Below are positions 47,513 to 56,786 of a stretch of 64,000 nt of DNA, in pieces. The notes beneath the pieces were generated by a model. That model saw only the letters and a program-made list of their open reading frames with translations. It did not search any database and was not told where the DNA came from. The DNA is from a virus. Made by a program: the position numbers and the translations under genes. How positions within the stretch are numbered: the stretch's first letter is position 1; the number at the start of each line of letters is the position of its first letter. The DNA is taken from positions 82,967 to 146,966 of IMG/VR virus record IMGVR_UViG_3300045988_099717; one strand, written 5' to 3'.

Positions 47513-48841
47513 TCATATTATAAATCTTTTAGACATTTCCTCTGCAATATCATACACGACCGTATGATCCTCTTCATTGTACGGCTTATTGATATTCAGC
47601 ACTCCTTTTCTCACTTTGAACTTCTTATCTTTTCTAAGGTGATTCAACATACCTTGTTGGAACACGCAGTCCGCCTTTTCAAGTGCTATACTGTCTTCTG
47701 TCCATTCTTTCAACGTATATCCTTTGCTGCTCGTGCTTTTTGGAGAAAAGTTCATAATACGTGCATCAATCCCATACCATGCTTTAACCATTCTTCTTTC
47801 AGCTTCTAATTGAAATGCGTATGATTCCCATATTCCCCCTGATTTAAAGTCGAGAATAACCACTTCTTCCTTCTCCACGTCTCTTACCTCCTTCTTCGGA
47901 TCACCTTTTTTGAACTGTCCGGTAGCCCTTTGATATACGGCTCCAAAATAACCTTCTTCTTTGTATTTGAATGTCATTTTAACCATCGCATCAATAGGTG
48001 TTGCTACAAGGTAATCCTCTAAAGAAAGGATTCTTTCTATCATCATCGGTTTCACCTTGTAATCAGAACAGAATTTGGCAAACTTCATGACCCTGACAAT
48101 CATATCGTCAAGATCATCTATGCTATTAAAGAACCGATCAAGATTTTTCTTAGATATCTTCAGCTTGCCTTCTTGCACTGTCTTAACTACAAAGCTTCTA
48201 TTTAAGACCATATCTCTACCTGTTAGGTACAATCCGTATAAGTAGTGCATGATCGTTCCCTTATCGGCTTCATACTGCGCTACCTCTTCTGGATTGCGAC
48301 CAAGCATCTTCATCTCTTGCTTCCATTCCTGAAGTGCCGTCTTATCATCTACATACCCATCTTTGATTAAAGTTGTTACCGAAGCATATATCTTAGCCGT
48401 CCCATCATCCATCTTTCTTACATAAAAACGATTATCGTCTAATGTCAATCTTACGAATTTGGGTGTCTCAATCTTCTTCAACTCATCACAGATATAAAAC
48501 GGCTCTAACGTTTCCTGGTTTTCTGTAAACGGATTCGAGTCTTCTTCTCCAGGGTTAGGAGCGGCTTCCTCCGCCGGAGCTTCCGGTTCCTCCTTCTGGG
48601 CCTGCTCTGGCTCAGAAGCCGGCTCTTCAACTACTGGAACCTGTCCGCCTCTTTCTGCTATGTCTCTGTTCTTTATTAAAGACATAGCTTCCTTTTTTAA
48701 TTGCTCCGGTGTTTGATTAGGATCTGATACTGACATCACAACATCGTTCATTCTAAACAACGTATTTCCTTCTCCTTCCACCATAGGTACAAACCCTAAA
48801 TCTATTAATATTTTAATCTTTTCTTCTATCATATCTATCAA
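47513..48841 (-). CDS. Protein with an acidic disordered N-terminal linker and a C-terminal RecB/Cas4-like PD-(D/E)XK nuclease motif
   Basis: IDAMVKM is followed by VVILDFKSGG (a D-x-K core) and then Y..QLEAERRM. A P/E/A-rich linker lies near residues 60-110. Confidence 0.45.
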   Translation of the reverse strand: MIDMIEEKIKILIDLGFVPMVEGEGNTLFRMNDVVMSVSDPNQTPEQLKKEAMSLIKNRDIAERGGQVPVVEEPASEPEQAQKEEPEAPAEEAAPNPGEEDSNPFTENQETLEPFYICDELKKIETPKFVRLTLDDNRFYVRKMDDGTAKIYASVTTLIKDGYVDDKTALQEWKQEMKMLGRNPEEVAQYEADKGTIMHYLYGLYLTGRDMVLNRSFVVKTVQEGKLKISKKNLDRFFNSIDDLDDMIVRVMKFAKFCSDYKVKPMMIERILSLEDYLVATPIDAMVKMTFKYKEEGYFGAVYQRATGQFKKGDPKKEVRDVEKEEVVILDFKSGGIWESYAFQLEAERRMVKAWYGIDARIMNFSPKSTSSKGYTLKEWTEDSIALEKADCVFQQGMLNHLRKDKKFKVRKGVLNINKPYNEEDHTVVYDIAEEMSKRFII

Positions 48842-49340
48842 TTATTTCAATAATCAACCTACCTCTTTCCTTGATCATTCCTCTGCTTTCCATATCCAGT
48901 ACCTTCTTTACCGCATACTTCCACACAAAAGGAAATTCTGTTTCAAGTTTATCAAATTCCATCCGGTCAAGATACATGTCGAATACCGTATGCTCCGATT
49001 CATGAAGGAAAACTATATTATCCCTGCAAGTAGCAACCGACTTATATATCCTTTTCGGAAGTATGTGACAGACGTTACATACTGTAGGAAAATGAATAGC
49101 TTTACCAGTCATAGACATTCGAATAGTACTCAACTCCTCCAACATAAGACGAAAAAACCCGGATAAATCCGGGTTCTCTAACTTTTTCTTCTTGCTGCTG
49201 TTTTTAATGGATGTAATTCTGTTTTTTTTCTTCGGAGTCAACTCTTTGCTCCTGCAAGCCTGGCATAAGCCATGACTTCTTATCATCACTTTTCGTCCGC
49301 ATCGTTCGCAGACGTATAGCTTCTTTTCCTTGCTTTCCAT
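48813..49340 (-). CDS. Hypothetical protein with an N-terminal zinc ribbon
   Basis: 175 aa containing CERCG...CQAC. Confidence 0.5.
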   Translation of the reverse strand: MESKEKKLYVCERCGRKVMIRSHGLCQACRSKELTPKKKNRITSIKNSSKKKKLENPDLSGFFRLMLEELSTIRMSMTGKAIHFPTVCNVCHILPKRIYKSVATCRDNIVFLHESEHTVFDMYLDRMEFDKLETEFPFVWKYAVKKVLDMESRGMIKERGRLIIEIIDRYDRRKD

Positions 49341-49525
49341 TCGAACAATAATGATATTATTGAAAAGAACAATCCCGCTGAAGCCAGTAGATAAGGTACG
49401 TTCATTAATAATTTAGATACCTCGTCTGTCTTAATCACTATCAGAAGGAAAGCGCCTGCTGAAAGCAATGATATTATCGCCACAACAAGCGCTATGTCGG
49501 AAACTACATCAGCCTTACTCTTCAC
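49286..49525 (-). CDS. Small membrane protein with two transmembrane helices
   Basis: 79 aa with two hydrophobic helices and a charged C-terminus. Confidence 0.4.
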   Translation of the reverse strand: MKSKADVVSDIALVVAIISLLSAGAFLLIVIKTDEVSKLLMNVPYLLASAGLFFSIISLLFEWKARKRSYTSANDADEK

Positions 49526-49985
49526 TCTTCTTCTCGCCTAATTTTTCAGCTCCCTTCTGAAGATCGTATTTGAATACGTCAATAATCTTCGTTTCAGCAA
49601 TAGCTTCGCAATTCCAGTCGCCCAACGTACCCTGCATGCCTTTAGTCAACACAGCTTCGGCATCCTTGGGATTGCCGGCCTGGACATACATATAGCATGG
49701 TGTTTTCTTTTCTTTACCTTTCTTTTCATCCAGTGTAATGTAATTCACCTTACACTTATACCAGTACTCAGCTTCTCCGTTGAAGAAAATTTCCGACACT
49801 TTAATAGGATTTATTTTAACAATATCGAACTCGTTAAATAAATCCTTGAAAATCTCCAAAGATCTTGATTCTGCCTCTGTATAAGACAAGGCATCTACCA
49901 AATACTTTTCAGTTACTTTCTTTTTTTTGCCGTTCTCGATATTATCAATCTCGGCTTTTACCGTAATTTCAAACCAGCGATTCAT
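49515..49985 (-). CDS. Family-B paralog (DUF4494-like), copy 1
   Basis: Shares W.E..V......ENGK.KKVTE.YLVDALS.TEAE, EIFFN and Y.ITLDEK.G.EKKT with the ORF at 58396. Confidence 0.55.
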   Translation of the reverse strand: MNRWFEITVKAEIDNIENGKKKKVTEKYLVDALSYTEAESRSLEIFKDLFNEFDIVKINPIKVSEIFFNGEAEYWYKCKVNYITLDEKKGKEKKTPCYMYVQAGNPKDAEAVLTKGMQGTLGDWNCEAIAETKIIDVFKYDLQKGAEKLGEKKSEE

Positions 49986-49989
49986 TGTA

Positions 49990-50250
49990 TTAATATTTAA
50001 TTAGTTGATTTTTCCCTTTCTCTATACTGTTTTTAAATCTTTCAGAACACCATTGCAAAACGTCCATCATCATCATCTCATTATTAGATAAGATACCTTT
50101 TATAACTAACGCCAATTGATGTTGTGACATTCTTAGGCTCATATCAAATCTTCTTTCCTCTTCGTTTACTATCGTAGCCACGAAATACTTACACCCCTCT
50201 AAGTGCGTCAGGGCTTCAATCATAGCTTCTTTTATCTCTTTTTCTTCCAT
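49990..50250 (-). CDS. Hypothetical protein
   Basis: 86-aa ORF. Confidence 0.4.
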   Translation of the reverse strand: MEEKEIKEAMIEALTHLEGCKYFVATIVNEEERRFDMSLRMSQHQLALVIKGILSNNEMMMMDVLQWCSERFKNSIEKGKNQLIKY

Positions 50251-50322
50251 TTTGTTTGTTTTTTGGACAAAGATATGTCTTTTGATAATAAAAAAGATTC
50301 AAAATGATTTAATTTAGCTTAA

Positions 50323-50991
50323 TTACTGCTCTTTTGATTCGTTCGGCATAGGCATGTCAAACTTTTTCCTGATAAACGATTCTGTTTCTTCATTGAATGG
50401 ATAGGCCTCCTTAATAAAATTCATAGCTACTTCCATGTCACCGTCTGCTATATCTTTATACCTTTCAAAGATACCAACCAGGTCATTGTTGTATGAACGT
50501 TCTTGTTTTATATTGTACACGTATTTCAATACCCTGTCTTTAATTTCATTGGCTTTTTTCACAGTATCATTGAAAGAATTTATACTTTCCAATTCTGGAT
50601 CTTTGTTTTCCTTGTTTACCTTATCAAACTCTTCCTTGCTATATCCCGCTTCTCCTGTAATGGCTGGGCAAACACTTCCATTTATGATCCAAAACTGCTC
50701 ATACGATCCTATCAGAAACTTTGATTCCATTTTAAATGCATTATATTTAATAAGCGAATTAGCCACCTCAGTTGCACCTTCTATGGTTCTAAAACCTATG
50801 CCGATATCTTTTAACATAAATACTGGAACTCCCGTTCTTGGATACACGACTTCTTTTTCGTTCTTTATATTCCAATTTTTAGCTTCAATTGGAATACCCT
50901 TACCAACAAGCTCTTTGTCTATATACAGACTTATCTCTTCGTCTGTTAATGCCACAATCTCATCTCTGCTTAAATCAAAAACTGTTTTCAT
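50323..50991 (-). CDS. Hypothetical protein
   Basis: 222-aa ORF. Confidence 0.5.
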   Translation of the reverse strand: MKTVFDLSRDEIVALTDEEISLYIDKELVGKGIPIEAKNWNIKNEKEVVYPRTGVPVFMLKDIGIGFRTIEGATEVANSLIKYNAFKMESKFLIGSYEQFWIINGSVCPAITGEAGYSKEEFDKVNKENKDPELESINSFNDTVKKANEIKDRVLKYVYNIKQERSYNNDLVGIFERYKDIADGDMEVAMNFIKEAYPFNEETESFIRKKFDMPMPNESKEQ

Positions 50992-51191
50992 TTCTTTTTA
51001 TTTATTAAATTAAACAATCTACCTCTTTGTTCGGGCTCCGTATATTCAACCCATATATCGGCTGCCACATTTCTAAGAAATTCCATAAAGTCTTGATGAT
51101 CCCTGTATTCAGCAGAATCAACTTTTCTCACAAAACTTAGAATTTCCTTTAACATCTTATTGTTTTCTTCGAGAAGTTCTCTGTCGGTCAT
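50988..51191 (-). CDS. Small hypothetical protein
   Basis: 67-aa ORF. Confidence 0.4.
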   Translation of the reverse strand: MTDRELLEENNKMLKEILSFVRKVDSAEYRDHQDFMEFLRNVAADIWVEYTEPEQRGRLFNLINKKK

Positions 51192-51216
51192 AACCTTTCA
51201 TATTTTCTTCTTAAAC

Positions 51217-51654
51217 TCATTTTACCCATTTGGCATTATCAGGTATTAAATCCTTAAATTCTTCTGGGATTTTCCCTTGATGCCACCAATCATTGGAAAT
51301 GATTTTTCTCCCATCATTTGAAATAGCCTCCATCATTCTTCCTCCCATACCCATGAATCTTCGTGTTTTGTTGTTTGTATTGGGAACAAACGGATTAGCT
51401 ATCCATGATTCTCCATCTATAATCAACCAATTGGGATTATTCTTATTCTTTTCATATAGTCTGATCCAAAACGCACAAGAATAGCAAACTCCATCTCGTT
51501 CCATAATAGACCGTATAGGACATTTACAAGAATGTTCTGGATTCATGCTATGTATATTATTTTGCCCCGACCCATCTTCGCATCCGCATTCGGGACATAT
51601 TTTCTTCTTTTCGCTTTCCATGTTGTTTATCTTGTTTTTAAGGTAATAGATCAT
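51217..51654 (-). CDS. Zinc-ribbon protein, paralog of 30265-30753 (family A)
   Basis: See the entry at 30265. Confidence 0.6.
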   Translation of the reverse strand: MIYYLKNKINNMESEKKKICPECGCEDGSGQNNIHSMNPEHSCKCPIRSIMERDGVCYSCAFWIRLYEKNKNNPNWLIIDGESWIANPFVPNTNNKTRRFMGMGGRMMEAISNDGRKIISNDWWHQGKIPEEFKDLIPDNAKWVK

Positions 51655-51898
51655 CTAAATAAGCCCATGATTCCATTTCATCTAATCTGTATAAGATACA
51701 TCCTGGATGGCTGGATATAAAAGTTTTGTTCTCTTCCAATATACCCATAATTGGATTCTTTGATCCTATTGTTGATTTCTTAGGGAGAAACACAATAAAA
51801 CGGTGGCAATCTGGAATTACTGTTATAGAATGCCACACGCTGTTAATGCGCCACTCTGCACCAGCTTTAAAAAGAGGAATAGCATATTCTTGTTCCAT
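51638..51898 (-). CDS. Hypothetical protein
   Basis: 86-aa ORF. Confidence 0.4.
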   Translation of the reverse strand: MEQEYAIPLFKAGAEWRINSVWHSITVIPDCHRFIVFLPKKSTIGSKNPIMGILEENKTFISSHPGCILYRLDEMESWAYLDDLLP

Positions 51899-51904
51899 GT
51901 CTAT

Positions 51905-52360
51905 TTAGTTTTGAATTAATGTGAAAAGAGCAATTATAGCCGCAACTGATATAATAGATAAAATAACGTTTGCCAATGCATGCTTTAAGAGGCGCCTTTC
52001 GAGATTTGCGATATGCTTTCTTAGTCCTTCGCAATGTTTTTTTGTAGATCTGGATTCTTTGAGTTCTTTGTTGTATTTTACCATATTTTTGTCGCACCAT
52101 TTCATTATATCAGCACTTGCTTTGTTAAGCATATCTCTGATTTTTTCATCATCATAGAATGGTATTTCAACATCAACACAAGTATTTGGCCTGTATAATA
52201 ATCCGTATGTATCAAAGCACACTTTCAATGTGACAACTTCAGGCTTAGCCATTTCTTCGGCTTGTTTCTTTATCTGCTCATCTGTTGCTTCGGCTTTAGC
52301 TTTAAGCTCATTGTAGTCTTCTATATTCAGCAAAGCCATGTTTTCAAATTCTGTATTCAT
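51905..52360 (-). CDS. Coiled-coil protein with a C-terminal transmembrane anchor
   Basis: 151 aa ending in the hydrophobic helix VILSIISVAAIIALFTLI. Confidence 0.45.
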   Translation of the reverse strand: MNTEFENMALLNIEDYNELKAKAEATDEQIKKQAEEMAKPEVVTLKVCFDTYGLLYRPNTCVDVEIPFYDDEKIRDMLNKASADIMKWCDKNMVKYNKELKESRSTKKHCEGLRKHIANLERRLLKHALANVILSIISVAAIIALFTLIQN

Positions 52361-52380
52361 ATCTACTATTTCTTATTTAG

Positions 52381-52527
52381 AGTGAATGTTTGCCAAATGC
52401 TTTATCCCAACGCCTGCTTGCTATCTGTACACATACTACCAACGCATCACGATATTTACGGGATTAGATGGTTCTTATGTGGCGGATGTTGATAATCCTA
52501 ACAACGCATTCGTACTGATTTTTGCAA
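52381..52527. promoter_or_regulatory. Intergenic element flanked by a 13-bp inverted repeat and containing CAACGCAT-like direct repeats
   Basis: agtgaatgtttgc at 52381-52393 against gcaaactgttcact at 52514-52527. Internal repeats caacgcctg, ccaacgcatcac and aacaacgcattc. Confidence 0.35.
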
Positions 52528-52546
52528 ACTGTTCACTCAATTATTT

Positions 52547-52798
52547 TTAATTTTTAATTAATTCAACTCCTATAATATCTTCGTAATCAATATAGTGCAT
52601 CATTGAAACACCGTTGTCATCATTAGCCATTATTTCAACACAAGCAGAACATCTATTGAATGCACCTTCGATTGTTATACCCGTTAATTGCCTAAAGAAT
52701 CCTAAAAATTTCTTTGGCCTGATAATCCTAATACGGACAAGATCATTCCAAGTTATTCCTTTATATTCACAAATAGATTTAAACTTCTCGGCTGTCAT
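52547..52798 (-). CDS. Hypothetical protein
   Basis: 83-aa ORF. Confidence 0.4.
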   Translation of the reverse strand: MTAEKFKSICEYKGITWNDLVRIRIIRPKKFLGFFRQLTGITIEGAFNRCSACVEIMANDDNGVSMMHYIDYEDIIGVELIKN

Positions 52799-52817
52799 AA
52801 TTCGATTATTTTAGCTG

Positions 52818-53102
52818 TTAGTCATTTTTTGGAATCCAGTTATCCGTATCACAGTGAAAGCAATATCCGGTTTTAGGATGCTCCGCACCGTCTTTAGCTC
52901 CGCAGGTTCCGCAATAATATTCCTTATCATATTCTGGGGAAAGACCTTTATTTCGTTCTTTGATAACAGCTTTTCTTTCTTCGAGCATCATCATTTTATC
53001 AGGATTACGACTCAAATAAAACTTTCTGACTTTATGTATTTGCTTATCAAACAGATCATCGGACTCGGCAATTTGTTTTGCTGTATATTTACTCATGCTC
53101 AA
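52818..53102 (-). CDS. Small zinc-ribbon protein
   Basis: 94 aa containing CGTCG...CFHC. Confidence 0.45.
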   Translation of the reverse strand: MSMSKYTAKQIAESDDLFDKQIHKVRKFYLSRNPDKMMMLEERKAVIKERNKGLSPEYDKEYYCGTCGAKDGAEHPKTGYCFHCDTDNWIPKND

Positions 53103-53255
53103 TTATTTTTAAAGTTTATCTATTATTTTGTCACCCATTTCCTGCCATTCATCACTCACGCTTATAACCAATCCTATGACAGTGAATGATAATAACAACG
53201 TAAAAATAAGTCATAACAGAAAGCAGATAAAAACACATACATACCTCATGATTTT

Positions 53256-54002
53256 TTAGTTGTTAGATAAAAGCAAAATCGGTTCATTTGACTCCGCAAT
53301 TGCTTTTATTTGTTCTGGATTGATAAAACTCTTAACTTGTTCGCTTATATTACAAATAGACTTGATCATATCAACGAATAATTTCGAGGTACATTCGTTA
53401 CACTCCACTTCCATTACCTGTTTATATCTATTGTATGATATGCTCGTTACACAATTCAGCCAGTGCGCATAGGTTCCTTTTTCTGTATTTAACCTGCTGT
53501 ATTCTACTTTTGTCTCTCCATTTCCATATTCAATTACTCTTTTTAGAAATGGTTTTGCATAAACACTAAAACCGAAAGGTTGGGCGTTTAAGGCATCTAA
53601 ACGGGAAGTTCCATCCCTCCATTCTCCATTTTCATCGCCTCCTGTCCATTCCTTAGAGGGGTTAGGGACAATATTTCCGTTTTTGTCATATGAAAACAGG
53701 CAATTCGTTTCCAGTTGATACTTAATAACAGGCACTTCTTCTACTATTTTATAACTCAAACATCTCTTCAGAACTTCCCTGATTTGACTTTCCAAATCAG
53801 AAAGTGCTATACTATTGAAATATCCTTCGTTGCCTAATCTGTTTGTAGGTAATTTGATCCCATAAGAATGAATCTTGTCCACATCTTCTTTTGACAAGGT
53901 AGTGGTAAACACTCCTTCTTTGGTGACATTCACTTTAACAGTTACAGACAAACTGTTATTAACGTTCTTTTCCGTTATATTTAGTGTTGTTAATGCTGCC
54001 AT
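53256..54002 (-). CDS. Hypothetical protein
   Basis: 248-aa ORF. Confidence 0.5.
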   Translation of the reverse strand: MAALTTLNITEKNVNNSLSVTVKVNVTKEGVFTTTLSKEDVDKIHSYGIKLPTNRLGNEGYFNSIALSDLESQIREVLKRCLSYKIVEEVPVIKYQLETNCLFSYDKNGNIVPNPSKEWTGGDENGEWRDGTSRLDALNAQPFGFSVYAKPFLKRVIEYGNGETKVEYSRLNTEKGTYAHWLNCVTSISYNRYKQVMEVECNECTSKLFVDMIKSICNISEQVKSFINPEQIKAIAESNEPILLLSNN

Positions 54003-54020
54003 AATCAGATCTTTTTAAAA

Positions 54021-54272
54021 TCAATTCGAATAAATATAATACATTCCTGCTTCATATACCTTATGTACATCAGGGTCATTCTTGTCTTCCGGTTCCAATT
54101 CACTCTCTTCACAAGTATAATCCCATTCAGAGTTGTAGTACATATCCTCGTCTGTTTTCTCCAAGGAACAATCTTTCATTAGATTCATATTTTCTCCCCA
54201 TACTGCAACTTCTTGTCGTTGCTCTTCTTCTGTCATAAGGGATATTTTGTCTTTTAATTCTTTCCAGGTCAT
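54021..54272 (-). CDS. Small acidic protein
   Basis: 83-aa ORF, in frame with the upstream ORF across a TGA plus 8 codons. Confidence 0.4.
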   Translation of the reverse strand: MTWKELKDKISLMTEEEQRQEVAVWGENMNLMKDCSLEKTDEDMYYNSEWDYTCEESELEPEDKNDPDVHKVYEAGMYYIYSN

Positions 54273-54296
54273 GATTTCTAAAATATGATCAATAAT

Positions 54297-54680
54297 TCAT
54301 TCTACATCAAAAAGTTGATCTAACACCAATAATTCTGCATCCATATCTTCATCTTTCGGGAAACGAACTTTTATGTTTCCGAACTTAGATGTCTTAAACA
54401 AGATGTAGGGGTTCATGTCTTCGGCGGTCACCGGCTTATATTCCTTAACTTCCGACATCTTGAGATACCAGTCGCCTATTTTTACAAATCCGGAGAAGAT
54501 AGAACACAGATGCGCTTTTACGGACTGTATCTCCTTTTTATCTTTGAAAGGTATAATTTCGTCCTTTCCCCTTATCCTGATTGACAGAAAAGGACGAATG
54601 TTATCTGTTTCATTTTGAAATTTGAAGCCTGTTATAGCTTGTTTGGGGATTCTTCTTCCCATTAATATGAAATAAGCCAT
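54297..54680 (-). CDS. Hypothetical protein
   Basis: 127-aa ORF ending in TGA. Confidence 0.45.
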   Translation of the reverse strand: MAYFILMGRRIPKQAITGFKFQNETDNIRPFLSIRIRGKDEIIPFKDKKEIQSVKAHLCSIFSGFVKIGDWYLKMSEVKEYKPVTAEDMNPYILFKTSKFGNIKVRFPKDEDMDAELLVLDQLFDVE

Positions 54681-54989
54681 TGCAATAAGTTGTTTTACTT
54701 TGTATTCTATAATCCTACCAACAAGTTCCCCGATGATAGAAAATATTCTAATTCATAGAGGAAAGAAAAGAAGTAGCTCTTTCAAATTTTCTTCTTAGTT
54801 CATTAGACCATTGATGATCATAATCTGCCAATAATGATCCCATTTCCATTATTAAGGAATAAACTTCTTCTTTTCTTGCTAAAAAAGATTGTTTGTCTTT
54901 TTCTTTTAATGTTTTCATGACTGTAACTTAAAAATGAATAATTAATTGATTTATAAAAAATGTATTAAAATGACATATAAATGCCTTGA

Positions 54990-55790
54990 TCAATTGGACA
55001 CAAATGTACAAGTTTTATTAAGATACCCTTCTGTCATCTCTATGAAATTCACACAATCTAATTTGCTTAACTTGTAAATCAATGCCGGATTGTGTACTAT
55101 GGCTATAATTTGTGTTTGTGGTTTATGGAATGACAATACATTATAAATTTGCATTATGTTGTCAATGTCAAGATTCCTATCTGGCTCATCCATGAGAACC
55201 GTGTATTCAAAACTGCTTTCTGTTAATGTTATGCGGTTTCTTTCATAATACTTCAACAGGTTATCAATTCTTTTAATCCAAAACGCATTTGATTTTTTCT
55301 TGTATTCTACAAGATCTTGTATTGGAAATGTATAATCCTTTTGACCGAACATTAAATTGAAAAGTGATTCCAATGATAACACCACTTTCTCTCCATAAGA
55401 TCTTCGAATATTATTCACATACAAATCTAAGTTGCTGATGTTTTTTAATACACTATCTCGATTCATCTCCGCCGATGGCAATAAACGGAATACTTTCCCT
55501 GCATAATCGGATGATATGTCAATCCCATCAAGAACCTTGTCATCATCATCATCAAATATAGGTGGAAAATCCAGTGCCTCGATCGGTATTTCAGAGCACA
55601 TGGATTTCTCACATAACGCATACATTGATATGATGTTAAGCAAGGTTGATTTTCCACTACCGTTTTTACCTATAATTACGTTCACTCCTGGCTTGAAAAT
55701 AAATTCTCTGCCATTTTCAAATGCTTCTATGTCAGAAGCATATTCAAAAGGAGTTTTTGTGTTGTCTTTTATTTTTACCGATGTTATCAT
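54990..55790 (-). CDS. ABC-type ATPase (AAA_21/OLD-N-terminal-like)
   Basis: Walker A GKNGSGKST, an ABC signature-like SYGEK, Walker B TVLMDEPDRNLD and H-loop AIVHNP. Compact at 266 aa. Confidence 0.65.
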   Translation of the reverse strand: MITSVKIKDNTKTPFEYASDIEAFENGREFIFKPGVNVIIGKNGSGKSTLLNIISMYALCEKSMCSEIPIEALDFPPIFDDDDDKVLDGIDISSDYAGKVFRLLPSAEMNRDSVLKNISNLDLYVNNIRRSYGEKVVLSLESLFNLMFGQKDYTFPIQDLVEYKKKSNAFWIKRIDNLLKYYERNRITLTESSFEYTVLMDEPDRNLDIDNIMQIYNVLSFHKPQTQIIAIVHNPALIYKLSKLDCVNFIEMTEGYLNKTCTFVSN

Positions 55791-55801
55791 TGTAATCCTT
55801 T

Positions 55802-56431
55802 TTAAAAATCAATTACCGTCCGAACCATGTCTCCGATGTGCTTGTTGCCGGTGCCCGTGAGGCCACTGGAGAAGACCACGTACCACGCGACGGCCTGGCT
55901 GCTCTCAGTACTGGACCAATACCACGTCGAGGAGAGGGGAGATGCCGAAACATAAGTGAATGCTTTGTTTAGTTCGTCCATATAATGGGCCATTAAATTT
56001 AATTGACCAAGAGATGGTATATACTCGCCATCTTCCAGCAGATTTCTCAATTTTGGATTTCTGGCTACAAGGCGTTCCGTATTGCCGCGTCCGTCAATGT
56101 CAAACAGCGCATCACATTCACGTTCGTAATATGTCCCACTTCCGGATTCTTCACGGCTATCATCGTCAAGCAATTGTACGATATCATGCTCCGTCAGTGA
56201 GATTGCAAATGACATGTATCTGTGCTTCAACCCGATGTATCGTACACAATCTTTGGAGTTATCGCCGGTAAACGGCTCTACGTGTCCGTCTTCGTAGATT
56301 AGATACAGTCCGCTGGCGTGCTCTACTTTGTCATCTTTAGATGGTTCGCGGTCGTTACATACGGGTTGGCCACTCTTGGTGATCGCCGGCATGATTACCG
56401 ACAGGTTTAAATTTTTGATGTTAACATTCAT
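55802..56431 (-). CDS. DUF1566-like (Lcl C-terminal domain-like) protein
   Basis: The C-terminus YWSSTESSQAVAWYVVFSSG...KHIGDMVRTV resembles the DUF1566 signature as I remember it. Confidence 0.4.
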   Translation of the reverse strand: MNVNIKNLNLSVIMPAITKSGQPVCNDREPSKDDKVEHASGLYLIYEDGHVEPFTGDNSKDCVRYIGLKHRYMSFAISLTEHDIVQLLDDDSREESGSGTYYERECDALFDIDGRGNTERLVARNPKLRNLLEDGEYIPSLGQLNLMAHYMDELNKAFTYVSASPLSSTWYWSSTESSQAVAWYVVFSSGLTGTGNKHIGDMVRTVIDF

Positions 56432-56786
56432 TGTTTTTAAATTTTAGGTAGTTATAGATGTATTAATGTTTCGTGTTTTGATTGATTTCCTTTTCCAGTC
56501 TGTCGATCAGTCTTTGATGTTTGGCAGCCACATAGTTACAGTGTATTGCCAAGTTCCTGTCGCGTTCCTTTTCGAGACGCTTTATTTCTTCTAATTTCCA
56601 GTCTTTTTGCATGATCATATATTTTTTATTCCGATGTTAATAACTCAACCTCTGTACAACGAACCCACAGACGGCGGTCTAAACAAACCTCATTGGTACT
56701 TCGGTTTATGTCGACAACTTTTCTTGTTTTCTGTTTGTATTTGACAGATGAACCTATTTTACATTGAGTTTTGAAAACATTGATTT

